Source: a virus
Length of the DNA stretch: 64,000 nt
IMG/VR virus record: IMGVR_UViG_3300009080_000001
Location: 1-64,000 of that record
Reading direction: 5' to 3' (one strand)
A program made the translations under genes and the position numbers. Every line of letters begins with the position of its first letter. The first letter of the stretch is position 1. The notes under the pieces are model-generated. The model did not search any database. It was not told where the DNA came from and saw only the letters and a program-made list of their open reading frames with translations. This document shows, piece by piece, positions 29,877-41,582 of this stretch.

Positions 29877-30688
29877 GTTGGTTATTAATGTTAGTATTAC
29901 TAGCTTCGATATTTTCTTGGGTATTAACACATAGATATCAAGAAGAAATAGACGAGCTTAAAAAGAAACATAATTCAGAGATTGACGATTATCAGGATCA
30001 GATATATGATACTATGAATGAGATTGTTGAACTTGAGACTAAGATTAAAGATTTAAAAAGGAGGAAGTATTGAAAAAAGTATATTACTATTGTACTTGTA
30101 ATAAACAGGCTAAAGGAAACGGTGCAGAGGGCTTTAGAGAGGTTTTAGTAGACAATGAAGGCATATGCTTAGACTGTGGGTACTACGCTATGGTACTGCC
30201 TAGAACGGCTAGGAATAGGATGGAAATGTACTCTATATTAAGAATTGATAAACAAAGTGAGGAGAATCATTATCTAGGTGAGAGTTTGGTAGAGACTATT
30301 AGAGGTAAACAAGAGAATTTAGAGTATAAAGGAATAAAGCCCAACAGTAAAAACTTATAGGGGAGAATGTGTCACAAAAAGAAAAGATAAAGTTTGCTAT
30401 CTGGTTACACAACAAGTTAATTGATAGGTACCCAGAGATATTTAAAAACATGAAAAAACAATATGAAAAGGAGAAAAAATGAAGCAGATATTACTAGTAC
30501 TAATGATGATAGGATTTACAGCGTGTTCAGGATTACCTGTAAAGCGTGGTGGTAGTACCTCTATAGACCGCACAGAGCGTTGTGTGTTAAGGTTGGTAGA
30601 GAATAATGGGATTAGTGCGTCAGAGGCAGAGAAGGTATGTTCTAGGATATTTAGACGTAATTATGATACAATTGGGATTAAGAGGTAA
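29873..30688 (+). CDS. Small ORFs: TM + coiled coil (29873-30073), Zn-finger-like (30070-30360), lipoprotein (30479-30688)
   Basis: Hydrophobic N-terminus; CxC/CxxC; FTAC lipobox. Confidence 0.5.
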
Positions 30689-30930
30689 TGTTAAAAGTCG
30701 GAGATTATGTTTCTATTAAACAGGGTAAAAATCTAAAAGGCGATAAAGTTGGTGTATTTAGAAAAGTTACTGAATATATTGGTAAGTATGATTTATATAA
30801 AATAGAAGGTACTGAAGGTTATCCTTATTTTGAAGACGAGTTAGACGTTTATACTAGAGTTAAGAATACAAGACTTGCAAGGAAAATGTATCCAAAAGCA
30901 GTTGAAGAAAATGGTTGGTTGTATATATGA
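30688..30930 (+). CDS. TRLARK-box protein
   Basis: LKVGD...VKNTRLARKMYP. Confidence 0.75.
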   Translation: MLKVGDYVSIKQGKNLKGDKVGVFRKVTEYIGKYDLYKIEGTEGYPYFEDELDVYTRVKNTRLARKMYPKAVEENGWLYI

Positions 30931-31370
30931 AGTACTATAAACTACAAAACTATATGAAACAAGCTGAGGTAATAGCTAAGAACTCTCCAGATACACAGAA
31001 ACAAGTAGGAGCAGTACTAGTTAAGATAGATGGCGGAGAAGTTATAGCACAAGGTTATAACGGATACGTAAGGAATACTATGACAGCATTGCCTACGACT
31101 AGACCAAAGAAGTATGAGTACATGATACATGCGGAAGAGAACGTGATATTAAACTGTGCTAGAAATGGCATTAGTACTAAAGACTGTTATTTAGTTTGCA
31201 CTTTAAGTCCATGTAAATCATGTATGAGGAGAATGAAGCAAGCAGGAATTTCAACTATTTACTTTAAAGAGAAGTACAAAGACTTCGAAGATCAGCTAAC
31301 TATGAAAGATTTACAAATAGAGTTGACGCAGGTGAAGGATTACTATAGAATAAAGTTGGAGGTTAAATGA
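30927..31370 (+). CDS. dCMP deaminase family protein
   Basis: VGAVLV, GYNG, HAEEN, PCKSC. Confidence 0.88.
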   Translation: MKYYKLQNYMKQAEVIAKNSPDTQKQVGAVLVKIDGGEVIAQGYNGYVRNTMTALPTTRPKKYEYMIHAEENVILNCARNGISTKDCYLVCTLSPCKSCMRRMKQAGISTIYFKEKYKDFEDQLTMKDLQIELTQVKDYYRIKLEVK

Positions 31371-31663
31371 AATTTAAAGTTGGTGATAAGGTTAAGTTTA
31401 AAGACAAACCGTATTTATTTAAAATACTAATGGAAGATACTTATGGATTTTTACTAGAGGATCTTGATGTTTCACCAGATTGTTGGAAGTTATCGAATAG
31501 TTCTGTATGGACACATGAACATAGTATAAAAGCAGGAACTATGATATATAATGAGTACGGACAATCCAGTGATCTAGAACTAGCAAAATACAAATATACA
31601 AGATTAGCAGAGAAGTTATTCCCGAAAGGACATAAAGAAGGTGATTGGTGGATATTAGATTAA
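31367..31663 (+). CDS. TRLARK-box protein
   Basis: FKVGD...YKYTRLAEKLFPKG. Confidence 0.75.
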   Translation: MKFKVGDKVKFKDKPYLFKILMEDTYGFLLEDLDVSPDCWKLSNSSVWTHEHSIKAGTMIYNEYGQSSDLELAKYKYTRLAEKLFPKGHKEGDWWILD

Positions 31664-31754
31664 GCAAGAGTACAGAATATAACAAAGACTATGGTATTAT
31701 AGTACATAATCACTTTAGAGAGTTTGTGGTTAGAGTTAGCTTTGGTGTTTATAA

Positions 31755-32099
31755 TTGGAGAATAGTGTGGAAGAAGTAAGTAGATTTAAAGTTGGTGATA
31801 TTGTTATTGGTAACGAGGATAATCACTACGGTATTACGAATAGAGAGAATATATGTAAGGTTGTTGGGTTTATTTCAGAAAATGAATATCCTCCGATAAA
31901 TACACAAGGTACGGTTGAAGTCGGCGACGATATGTACGTTGAAGTTATTGAATCTAAAGATTTCGAATATGATGTTGGAAAAATATTTCCAGTAGATTCT
32001 AGTAGGTTCAAACATTGTAGAGTAGTTAACACAAGGTTAGCAAAGAAGTTATATCCAAAAGCTAATGAGTCAGAAGATGGGAAGTGGTTATATGTCTAA
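31755..32099 (+). CDS. TRLARK-box protein
   Basis: FKVGD...VNTRLAKKLYP. Confidence 0.75.
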   Translation: MENSVEEVSRFKVGDIVIGNEDNHYGITNRENICKVVGFISENEYPPINTQGTVEVGDDMYVEVIESKDFEYDVGKIFPVDSSRFKHCRVVNTRLAKKLYPKANESEDGKWLYV

Positions 32100-32457
32100 G
32101 TTTAAAGTTGGTGATATCGTTACTAGACATGGTTGGGTGTTAGAAATAGCATGTGTTTCAAATTGGGAAGATGCTAAATCTGATGCTAAAGATTGGTATG
32201 TAGCTAGAATTTTAAGTGGTAATGCTAGTTTAGGAAATGTTATTGCTGAAGAATTTGAAGGGTACTTTAGAGATAATATCAATATTGAAAGTATAATGGA
32301 ATCGTTGAATAAATATCCTGTTGGTGTTAAATTCAATTGGGGATTTGAACATTCTTTTGAATCAGTAGAGCCAATTAAAAAAACAAGATTAGCATTGAAA
32401 GTGATACCAAAAGAAGATATATTAAAAGAAACTGAGGAATGGTTATGGGTAAAATAA
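32092..32457 (+). CDS. TRLARK-box protein
   Basis: FKVGD...KKTRLALKVIP. Confidence 0.7.
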   Translation: MSKFKVGDIVTRHGWVLEIACVSNWEDAKSDAKDWYVARILSGNASLGNVIAEEFEGYFRDNINIESIMESLNKYPVGVKFNWGFEHSFESVEPIKKTRLALKVIPKEDILKETEEWLWVK

Positions 32458-33458
32458 AACTAAGTAATACTAAACGTGGAAAGTACCATGAATGTCCAGC
32501 TAGGTATAACTTCCATTATAATTATAAGTACAGAACTAAAGTATATGGTAGCCCGCTTTTCTTTGGAGTAGCAGTAGATGAGGCTTTAAACAGAATGTTA
32601 CTGGATAAGAAAAAGAATCATAATAAGCTTGAGAAAGAGTTGATGGAATTAACTTCAGTTGAAACATTCATTAAGTACATGACTGATGTTGAATATAACA
32701 AGCAGAATGTCTATATACCGACGTTTAAAGACTGTGCATACAGTAAGGCAGACTATGATGCTACGATGCTCTCAGAGGAAGATTTGGAGGTCATAGGGCA
32801 TGATTTAGATTACTGTTCAGCTCATGTTGAATGGTATCACGCTGAGAAGAAGAAAAAGACTCCAGAAATATCAGAAGCAGATACACTTAGCTTTAACCTG
32901 ATGAACTGGTACAGCCTTAGAAAAAAAGGACTGATGATTCTTGAGTTATATGAGAAGGATATTATGCCTCAAATTCATGAGGTATTTAGTATACAAGAGA
33001 GAGTTAACTTACCTAATGGATCAGGTGACTCTATAGATGGTGTTATTGACTTCGTAGCAAGCTTTGTAGATGATCCTAGTGCTAAGTATGTAGTTGACAA
33101 TAAGACTGCAAGTAAAGCTTATAAGGCTAAGGATTTGGACGAATCAGATCAATTACATTTATATGCTTATTATAAGGAAATTGAGAATATTGCGTATATT
33201 GTTTGTGAGAAGAATATTAGGAAAAGAGATCCGAGAGTTAGGATTAATATATTGAAAGGTAGTACATGTGAAGACTTTACAGAGAATCTACTTGACGATT
33301 ATGAGGAAGTACTGTATAACATTAGAGAGGAGAAGTTCAATCCAGATTTAAAAGGTGGTTGTATTTTCTGGGGCAAAAAATGCGAGTACTATAGTTTATG
33401 TCATTATGATAAGTTTGATGATAATATATTGGTTGATTTAAAGAAGGTTAAGAAATGA
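32445..33458 (+). CDS. PD-(D/E)XK (RecB/Cas4-like) exonuclease
   Basis: ECP near N-terminus, GVIDF, VVDNKT, QLHLY, C-terminal cysteines. Confidence 0.85.
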   Translation: MGKIKLSNTKRGKYHECPARYNFHYNYKYRTKVYGSPLFFGVAVDEALNRMLLDKKKNHNKLEKELMELTSVETFIKYMTDVEYNKQNVYIPTFKDCAYSKADYDATMLSEEDLEVIGHDLDYCSAHVEWYHAEKKKKTPEISEADTLSFNLMNWYSLRKKGLMILELYEKDIMPQIHEVFSIQERVNLPNGSGDSIDGVIDFVASFVDDPSAKYVVDNKTASKAYKAKDLDESDQLHLYAYYKEIENIAYIVCEKNIRKRDPRVRINILKGSTCEDFTENLLDDYEEVLYNIREEKFNPDLKGGCIFWGKKCEYYSLCHYDKFDDNILVDLKKVKK

Positions 33459-33757
33459 GTAGAGTTTCAGACATTAGTGCGATAACTGAAGGATGTAAAA
33501 TTAAATGGAAAGGTAAACCCTTTACTGATTTGATCTACACAATAGAGAAGGTTAATCATAAAACTGGAATTGTTTTTATAAGTTGGATAAGTGAAAGAGG
33601 TTATGACTTTGTTGATAAATACAATCTAAAGGACGCAATAGAAAGCGGTCCTATATATTTAGTAACAATAGACGTAAAAGATACAAGATTAGCAAGAAAG
33701 TTATACCCAAATGCAGAAGTATTAGATAACGGAATGTTACGGATAAAGGAGAAATAA
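33455..33757 (+). CDS. TRLARK-box protein
   Basis: VKDTRLARKLYPNA. Confidence 0.75.
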   Translation: MSRVSDISAITEGCKIKWKGKPFTDLIYTIEKVNHKTGIVFISWISERGYDFVDKYNLKDAIESGPIYLVTIDVKDTRLARKLYPNAEVLDNGMLRIKEK

Positions 33758-34459
33758 TGGAAAGTTTAGAAGAAGTACTGAGTATCGATACAGATTCTCA
33801 AAAAGCAGGAGAGAATAAAGCTTTGTTAAAAGAAATCAAACAATTCTTAAAGAAACAAACTAAGAAGGAAGTTAACTTAGAGAAGAAAGCGGAGGATATG
33901 CCTTATGAGGCTGTATCAGTTGTTGGGAATAGGTTCGTATCCATTAAGTTTAGTTTAGAAACAAGGGAAGCAGTTGTTGTTGACATTGAAGTAGATTCAA
34001 GAGATAATGGTAAACAGAATTATATGGCTTTTGGTAGAGCTGATAATAAATTAAGAACAATGACTAGAGACTCAAAAGGAGATAATGGCGATGAGTAAAA
34101 TTAACAAAACAGCTTTAGAAGCTAAAGAACAAGACGTACAGTTAAAGATTAGAGAAGCACAATGGTTAGAAGACTTACGTGGTAAAGGTAGAAGTCCAGA
34201 GGATGTAGAGAGTGTTGCAAGAGACATTCTAGGTATTGACGAGAATGGAAGTGTAATTGCTACAGCATCAGAAGTACTACCTAAGTTTAATAGTGCAAAA
34301 ATGGCACTAATTCAAATTAACGGGTTGACAGAGAAGTTAGTAGATGGTAACTTAATATCTCAGGAAGAAGAGATTCTACTGAATAGTATTGAAAGAAGGT
34401 TAGCAGATAAAGTATCTAAATTTTACGGTATTGACAGTATTTACGAAGGAGAACAATAG
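33757..34459 (+). CDS. Two hypothetical proteins (33757-34098, 34085-34459)
   Basis: Coupled ORFs. Confidence 0.55.
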
Positions 34460-34613
34460 TGAATGACTACTTTTTAGAGACATTAGGGTTTGTATTTCTA
34501 GTATTAACAAGTGTGGGGATACTTTTATTTTTATCATATGTAATAGCTATTATTTTTGAAATAAGAGATGAAGTGTATACTATAAAAAATAAACTAAGGA
34601 AAGGGAAGAAAAA

Positions 34614-35114
34614 ATGAGTAAAGAATTAACAAAGAAACTAGCAAAGATTCAGAGTACATTACATGCACCAAAGAATCAACGCAATAGTTTTGGAAACTAC
34701 AACTACCGAAGCTGTGAGGATATCTTAGAGGCTGTTAAACCGCTTCTGGGAGACTTAACACTAGTAATTGATGATGAGATACTACCTGCTTTAGATAGGG
34801 TTTATATCAAGGCTACAGCGACGATTTCAGATGGTGAGCATAATATATCAGTATCATCATATGCTAGAGAGTCAGACTCTAAGAAAGGTATGGATTCAGC
34901 ACAGTTAACAGGAGCTACAAGTTCATATGCTAGGAAGTACGCACTTAACGGATTGTTCTTGATTGACGATAATAAAGATGCAGATACTGATGAAGCTAAA
35001 GGTGGCAAGAAAGCTGCACCAAAGAAACCAGTAGCAGCAAGTTCAAGTAAAGATAGTTTTAGAAGACCAAAAAAGAAACAAGAGCCAACACAGGAGGCAT
35101 TTGATGACATCTAG
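34614..35114 (+). CDS. ERF-family ssDNA annealing protein
   Basis: APKNQRNSFGNYNYRSCEDI; GATSSYARKYALNGLF. Confidence 0.9.
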   Translation: MSKELTKKLAKIQSTLHAPKNQRNSFGNYNYRSCEDILEAVKPLLGDLTLVIDDEILPALDRVYIKATATISDGEHNISVSSYARESDSKKGMDSAQLTGATSSYARKYALNGLFLIDDNKDADTDEAKGGKKAAPKKPVAASSSKDSFRRPKKKQEPTQEAFDDI

Positions 35115-35945
35115 TTATCAAAAGAACAAGAAGGCTATATTAAAGTACCAGAAGAATAATCCGTACTATAGGGAATATAAGAGGATTTATGAAGCTAAGT
35201 ACAGAGAAGAGAATAAGATTCTATGGAACTTAAAGTCTTGGAAAGCAACACAAAGAAAAAAAGGTAAACGTATAACGCCTGAGAAAGAAATGTTATATTT
35301 AATGTATAGATTAGCAGGGGAGAATGTCCATGTCTAAAGAAAAAGAAGCGTATAGCATTGAACAAGCGTACGAAGATTTGCAAAGAGGAATTGAACTTGG
35401 AATTAATGACTTGACAAGTAAGTTACATTCAAGTATAAAAGAACTAAGCAAATCTGAACTGGAAAGATCGATTAAAGCAATTATCGATTATCCAAATGCA
35501 GTAAATGTTTACAGTAAAAAAGAAGAATTGTTTGTTAAAGATTTAGTTGCCTTAAGGGGATTACATCTACAAGCAGAATTACAATCAATAGCCGAACTAC
35601 AAAAACAAGGAGACGAAAATGGCGAAGAAGCAAAAGACAGTACAATTGGGTAGCATTAGAAAGGGACAATACGGACCATTCTTAAGTTTTGATTCAAGTA
35701 TTAAAGAAATTCAAGTAACAAGAGAGTATGTATCTAATGGTGATACTGTAACTGAAGTACTTAAAGTTCCAGTGAATGAGAAAGGTTATTTAGGTGCTGC
35801 AAATATTCAAAAGATTGAGGATTCATTTGCGTTTAAAATTGAGCAAGGATGGGTTACAGAAGAAAAAGCAGAAGAAACTATTGGTAAGTTAAAAGCCGGA
35901 ACAACTCCGACTAGTAGCTTCGTTTCTGTTAAAATGGAAAGCTAA
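35101..35945 (+). CDS. Three hypothetical proteins (35101-35337, 35324-35653, 35619-35945)
   Basis: Coupled ORFs followed by hairpins. Confidence 0.5.
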
Positions 35946-35989
35946 TACCTACCTTTCAACTAAATTGTTGAGAGCTAGAGTCAAACAAT

Positions 35990-36020
35990 GCAGGGGGTTC
36001 CTCCACTCCCTGCTTCTTAT
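35990..36020 (+). terminator. Terminator-like hairpin
   Basis: GCAGGG/CCCTGC followed by TTCTT. Confidence 0.5.
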
Positions 36021-36704
36021 CTAATGGAGGAACTTGGAGGAGTTATGAATATTAAAGTAACATGTAGCGGTTGGGAAGATCATTATTGGGAATTGGAGAC
36101 TATTCCTAGAGTAGGTGATATTATAATATATAGAAACCGTATTGATACCGTTTATCCTCCCTTTAAAGTAGATCAAGTTATCCATATGCCCTCAGTTGAT
36201 TTAGACGGAAAATGGAGTTATTCATATGAGATTAATTGTGAAGAATTGGAGGAGTTATGAAAGATATTTTAATAAATGCAATAATGTTTCCTTTAATAGT
36301 AGTAGGAGGTATGCTATTACTAGTAGGGTTTATAATATTATCAGTTTTACCTCTATTTATACTGATTATGGTATATCCACATACTCCGCCAGATTGGTTA
36401 GCAATGTCTACCGTTGTATTTAATTTAATATGGTTAGGGTTACTTTCACAATCCGGTGAAATATTTGAGGTGTTATCATCAAAAAGAAACTAAGCCAAAG
36501 CGTAGGTTTATACAAACGCAGGGAAAAAGATATATTAAGACACTTCTCAAAAGTTGGATACAGCCAAGAAGCTGTTACAGATTACGGTGCATCTTGTATG
36601 ATTCCATTAATAGTTGTATATTACTACTTATGGAAGAACGGAGAAGAGGAAGCAAAAGAGCATATCGATAGGTTAGGTGCTTATTATGAAATTGAGGTAG
36701 ATGT

Positions 36705-36959
36705 ATGAAAAAGTATATGTATGTTGGATATGAATACGAAGGTGACTGGGCAACAAAAGAGTCGGCGTTTGGAGGTGTCTATTACGGAGAGCCTTGGCAC
36801 GATAAGTTAAATCTATTTTATTATCCTAGCGGAGAGTACTTTGTAACAGTTGAATTAAACGAGGTTGTTGAAGAAACTAAACCAACGAGATTAGCAAGAA
36901 AGATGTTTCCAAATGCTATTAATCATTTTGGTAGTATGTTTATATTGGAGGGTAGGTGA
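36705..36959 (+). CDS. TRLARK-box protein
   Basis: KPTRLARKMFP. Confidence 0.75.
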   Translation: MKKYMYVGYEYEGDWATKESAFGGVYYGEPWHDKLNLFYYPSGEYFVTVELNEVVEETKPTRLARKMFPNAINHFGSMFILEGR

Positions 36960-37450
36960 TAAAACTTTACACACAATTTGGAGAATTAATAGTTTGTAAT
37001 AAAGCTGAGTTTTTAGGAATGGTTCCACATGAGACTGTTGGTCCGAAAGTTGACTTACCATATATTACAGGACTTAATGAAGAAATTGGAAGTTTCAATA
37101 TGATTAATAAAAAATTAGATATTAATAGTAATTTACAGTTCTTTTCTAATAAACATTTTCCGAAAAAGAGAATGATGGACGTTGTTATGGAACTTGGAAC
37201 TAATTATATGTTCCCAGAAACATTACATTGTGTTATTGTAGGTAAGAATTTCTATTTATATAGTGATCCAGTAGTATATGAGTTTGCAGGAAAATATCAG
37301 GTTATTTCTAAAAAATACCAAGACGTTTATAGTTGCAGTATTGAACATTCTGGGATTATGGATAAGATACAGAGATTTAAAGCTACTAGATTAGCAAAAA
37401 AGATGTTTCCAGATGTTTTAGAAGTTGACGGGTGGTTGTATTCATGTTAG
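36956..37450 (+). CDS. TRLARK-box protein
   Basis: KATRLAKKMFPD..DGWL. Confidence 0.75.
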   Translation: MIKLYTQFGELIVCNKAEFLGMVPHETVGPKVDLPYITGLNEEIGSFNMINKKLDINSNLQFFSNKHFPKKRMMDVVMELGTNYMFPETLHCVIVGKNFYLYSDPVVYEFAGKYQVISKKYQDVYSCSIEHSGIMDKIQRFKATRLAKKMFPDVLEVDGWLYSC

Positions 37451-37468
37451 ATTGGTTTTGGAGGTAGT

Positions 37469-37723
37469 ATGGAATTTAAAGTTGGAGATTTAGTTAGATG
37501 TGTAGATGTTTCAGGATCAATACCTTTGCCACTGAAATTACATAATATTTATACAATAGAGGGCGAAGAATTCGGTAAATATATACGAGTAGTTGGAGTA
37601 AATAGATGGTTTACAAACGGAAGGTTTAAAAAACTGGAGAAAGTAAATAACACACGACTAGCTAGAAAAATGTATCCAAAAGCAGAGGTTGACGAAGACG
37701 GTATGTTGGTTATAGAATGTTAG
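37469..37723 (+). CDS. TRLARK-box protein
   Basis: FKVGD...VNNTRLARKMYP. Confidence 0.75.
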   Translation: MEFKVGDLVRCVDVSGSIPLPLKLHNIYTIEGEEFGKYIRVVGVNRWFTNGRFKKLEKVNNTRLARKMYPKAEVDEDGMLVIEC

Positions 37724-38250
37724 ATACTATATTGTACGTATTTTTAACAATTACGAACTCACCAACTTATGTACCACCATATGATGTATGTAAGAAAGAT
37801 ATAAGTCATTTAAGTACAAGCAACCAAATTACATTTACAATTGGTTGTAGTGAAAATAAAGGAATAAGAGTATATCCAGATAGAATATTAGAAGATATAT
37901 ATAACGGAAAAGAATATGGCTACTAGGAGGAAAAGTGACCGATAATGAAGTGAATAAGATTATAGCCGAGTATATAGGCGATCCTATCGAAGTAGAGATC
38001 GATGGTACGACTAAAATAATGGACGATATGGGGTATATGGAAAAAGACTTATACACAAAATCTCTAGACGCACTTGTGCCTGTTTGGGAGAAGTTAAAAA
38101 AAGACTTCACTATGGATAGAGATGAGTGGGGAATACACATGGCTTTTTATAAAGGAACAGATGTTATAGTTAAAGAACAGAATGTTGGATCAATTCAACA
38201 AACAATGGCACACGCAACAGCAAAAGCAATAATAAATATGGAGGAAGAAA

Positions 38251-40173
38251 ATGATGGCTAAATACCACAGAGTATGTACGAGTTTAAAAGACAAAGGAAC
38301 ATTAATCCCAGAAGGGGCTGATTTAGACAAATATAAAGCAGGAGAAGCTTATATTTCAGCATATCAGTACAATGAAGATCACAAGAAGTTATTTGATAAA
38401 AACAAGTCAGTAGCGGGAATTACAGACGTTACTACAGATATAATCTACTTCGATTTAGATAATGAAGATATTGAAGTTGCAAGAAAAGATACTATTGAGG
38501 TTGTGAACCGATTGGCAAACTATGAGATTACCTCCAATCAAATCAAAACGTGCCTTTCAGGAAATAAGGGTTTTCACTTAGCCCTACACACAACTGAAAC
38601 ATTCACTCCAGAAGAAGCTAGGTCGTTAGCTATTAAATTAGCTGGCGATCTGGACTCTTTTGACTCAAGTATTTACAATGCTAACAGAATTATCAGGATT
38701 GAAGGAAGTGTCCATCCAAAGACCCAATTACGTAAAACAGAGCTTACATTTAAGGAGCTTCAGACGCTCAGTATTGGCGATATAAAGGACTTAGCTAAAG
38801 ACGAGTACGATTACCTTAAACCGTCTAAAATAGAGCCTATAGAGTCGTTTATGAAGCTTACAGAGAGTGTTATAAAGAAGGATAAAGCCGAGAATATTGA
38901 GACTACGGAAACGCTTGATTATTTGTCTAATCCGTACAAGTTACAGCCTTGGAAATTAGCATTATCTCAAGGATTCTTTCCAAATGGAAATAGAAGTAAT
39001 TCATTGATGATTTTAGGAGCTACTTTAAAGAATAAAGGGTTACTGAAAGAACAGTGTTATTATGCCCTGAAAGCAGCCGCTGATTTACAGTCAGATAGAT
39101 ATGGTAAAGATAAATTTAAGAAAGAGGAGATTTGGGAAAAGGTTATTGAGCAAATTTACAAAGCTACTTGGAATAATGGTAGTTACTCAGAAGATCACTT
39201 TCCAACTCAGTTACAAGCTTATTTTGAAGAGTTAGGGATACCTAGAAAGGAATATGCTGAGATAGCTAGTGATGTAGTTAGTATCGATGATAAGTTCGAT
39301 GATTTCGTTAATTATGCAACTAATATTGATGAACATACTATGACGTTTGGTATTCCAAGTTTAGATAATGCTTTAAAAGTTAGAAAGGGTCATTTAATCG
39401 GACTACTAGCCGGACCGGGAATTGGTAAGACTAGTTTCGCTATTACATTCTTAAATAACTGTTCTAAGCAAGGTTCTAAGTGCTTTTTCGGTTCATACGA
39501 TATGTATTCACTAAATGTTTACCAGAAACTAATACAAAGACATACAGGTTATACTGAAGATGAAATGTTCCAATTTTTCAAAGATAAAGATAAAAAGAAG
39601 ATTGAGGAATTTAGAGGAATCTTAAATACCGAGTATGAGAATGTATCATTCTGTTTTAAATCTGGACAATCAATTAGTGACCTTAAGAAGTCAATTGAGA
39701 TGAAAGAAGAAGAGATGGGTGAGAAGATGGGACTAGTTGTAATTGATTATTTAGAGCTAGTACAAGTTGATGTTGCAGATGCTACAGCTAAAAGTTTAGA
39801 AGCTGTTAACGGACTTAGAGAGATTGCTAATGAAGGAAGGGTAGTTGTAGTACTATTACAACCTAATAAGATTAGCTCTAAGCCAGATCAGCCGCTATTA
39901 AGCTATAATGCAGCAAAAGGTTCATCAATGGTAGCACAAGCAGTTACAGCTATGTTAACGTGTCATAGACCGGGCTATAGCTCAGAGAATCCAGAGAATG
40001 ATCTGTATTTCAGCGTTAATTGTGTTAAGAATCGTAATGGTGCTTTATTTCAAAGAGACTTCGGCTGGATAGGTAAGACCCAGACTATTTTCGAGATGGG
40101 AGATGATGAGAGATTTGCCTTGAATTTATTAAGAGATACTAAAAGGGACGCTGATGATGACGATGGTTATTAG
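38251..40173 (+). CDS. Primase (AEP/PrimPol-type)-DnaB-like helicase fusion
   Basis: YFDLD and SGNKGFH (AEP); AGPGIGKTS, VIDYL, VKNRNG (SF4 helicase). Confidence 0.85.
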   Translation: MMAKYHRVCTSLKDKGTLIPEGADLDKYKAGEAYISAYQYNEDHKKLFDKNKSVAGITDVTTDIIYFDLDNEDIEVARKDTIEVVNRLANYEITSNQIKTCLSGNKGFHLALHTTETFTPEEARSLAIKLAGDLDSFDSSIYNANRIIRIEGSVHPKTQLRKTELTFKELQTLSIGDIKDLAKDEYDYLKPSKIEPIESFMKLTESVIKKDKAENIETTETLDYLSNPYKLQPWKLALSQGFFPNGNRSNSLMILGATLKNKGLLKEQCYYALKAAADLQSDRYGKDKFKKEEIWEKVIEQIYKATWNNGSYSEDHFPTQLQAYFEELGIPRKEYAEIASDVVSIDDKFDDFVNYATNIDEHTMTFGIPSLDNALKVRKGHLIGLLAGPGIGKTSFAITFLNNCSKQGSKCFFGSYDMYSLNVYQKLIQRHTGYTEDEMFQFFKDKDKKKIEEFRGILNTEYENVSFCFKSGQSISDLKKSIEMKEEEMGEKMGLVVIDYLELVQVDVADATAKSLEAVNGLREIANEGRVVVVLLQPNKISSKPDQPLLSYNAAKGSSMVAQAVTAMLTCHRPGYSSENPENDLYFSVNCVKNRNGALFQRDFGWIGKTQTIFEMGDDERFALNLLRDTKRDADDDDGY

Positions 40174-40654
40174 ATATATTAGAGCAGGACTAATAGGTAT
40201 TGTTTGCGGAATACTCTATTCAGGCTGTTCACATGGGGTTATCAAAAGCAAACCTATACACACTAAACTTACTCCAGAATTGGAGAAGTATCGTGGGTAT
40301 GTTCAAAAGATATCAAAAGGGAAGCTTGGTAATAAAGAGATAACCATTGGATATAGAAAGTTTAATGATAAAGATCCGAATTTATTAGGAGTATGTACAT
40401 TTACTTTAGAAAACTTAGGAAAAGAGATTGACATAGTAGAAGAAGCATGGCAGTATCTAAATCATGGTGAGAAGCTTTTATTAGTAGCTCATGAATTTAG
40501 ACATTGTGAATGTAATGAACTTGGTCACGAAGAAAGGTATTTTAAAGATAAGTGTTCAAAAACTATTATGCATAAATACTTACCAGATAGAGGTTGTATT
40601 AAAAAACATATGAATGATTATTTGGAAGAGATTAGGAGAGGTTGTGGAGATTAA
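40154..40654 (+). CDS. Putative lipoprotein zinc metallopeptidase
   Basis: YSGC lipobox-like; AHEFRHC. Confidence 0.55.
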   Translation: MMTMVIRYIRAGLIGIVCGILYSGCSHGVIKSKPIHTKLTPELEKYRGYVQKISKGKLGNKEITIGYRKFNDKDPNLLGVCTFTLENLGKEIDIVEEAWQYLNHGEKLLLVAHEFRHCECNELGHEERYFKDKCSKTIMHKYLPDRGCIKKHMNDYLEEIRRGCGD

Positions 40655-40898
40655 AGTTGGGTGGAAATATGCTATTGAAGTAATTAGTGATAATTATACG
40701 TTTACCGTCACTAATTATGACGAAGTAGAAGGAAGAGTCTTCGGGATAGATGGATGCGGTATTGAAGACATTTGGAGCGTATCTACATTTCAAAAATACG
40801 CTACTCCTCTATATATAGAAGTTAAAGCAACAAGATTAGCACGTAAAATGTTCCCGAATGCTGAAGAAGAAAACGGAATGTTGATACTGGAGGAATAA
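40644..40898 (+). CDS. TRLARK-box protein
   Basis: VKATRLARKMFP. Confidence 0.75.
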   Translation: MEIKVGWKYAIEVISDNYTFTVTNYDEVEGRVFGIDGCGIEDIWSVSTFQKYATPLYIEVKATRLARKMFPNAEEENGMLILEE

Positions 40899-41307
40899 TG
40901 GATCTATTTAATGAAATGATGTTAACGTACACAGATATTAATTTAGATATCAGTAGGTTGAAAAAAGATGTTGAGAAATTAGATGATGATAGTCTAGTTG
41001 ATGAAGTTGGTTCATTAAGATATGCTATTGACGGTAAAGAGGCAGAAAAGATCGAGCATATTCTTTTCAAGAATTACTCAGAAGAAGTGTTAGATGAAGA
41101 GGATCTTAATTTCCTTAGAGATGTATATGTACTATATTATGCTGAATTTGCAATATTAATTGATACAGATGAAGATGACGAGTAGACATAAGGTTTATTT
41201 CGTTGTAGTAATACTGTCAGCAATTTACAGATTATATGAAAATGATATTGACGGATTTATACTTAGTATGTTAGTATTGAGTATATTTTGCTTAATACCA
41301 AGGAGGA

Positions 41308-41580
41308 ATGGTGAGTGAAAGTTGGGTTGGCAGGAAAGTAAGGTTTAAGAATTGGCCAGAGTGTATGTATTGGTATATAGAAAAGGAAGATTCTGGTAAT
41401 TATATCGGAACTGTATTTGCTCATAATAAAGTACAGGAAACTGAATTCAATATTACCAAGAGGTTTACACATAAACGATATTTTTTAATTGACACAAAAG
41501 TAAAGGACACCAGACTTGCACGTAAAATGTATCCAGATTTTAAGGAAACTGAAGATGGTTATTTATTAATAATGAGGTAA
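41308..41580 (+). CDS. TRLARK-box protein
   Basis: VKDTRLARKMYPDF. Confidence 0.75.
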   Translation: MVSESWVGRKVRFKNWPECMYWYIEKEDSGNYIGTVFAHNKVQETEFNITKRFTHKRYFLIDTKVKDTRLARKMYPDFKETEDGYLLIMR

Positions 41581-41582
41581 TA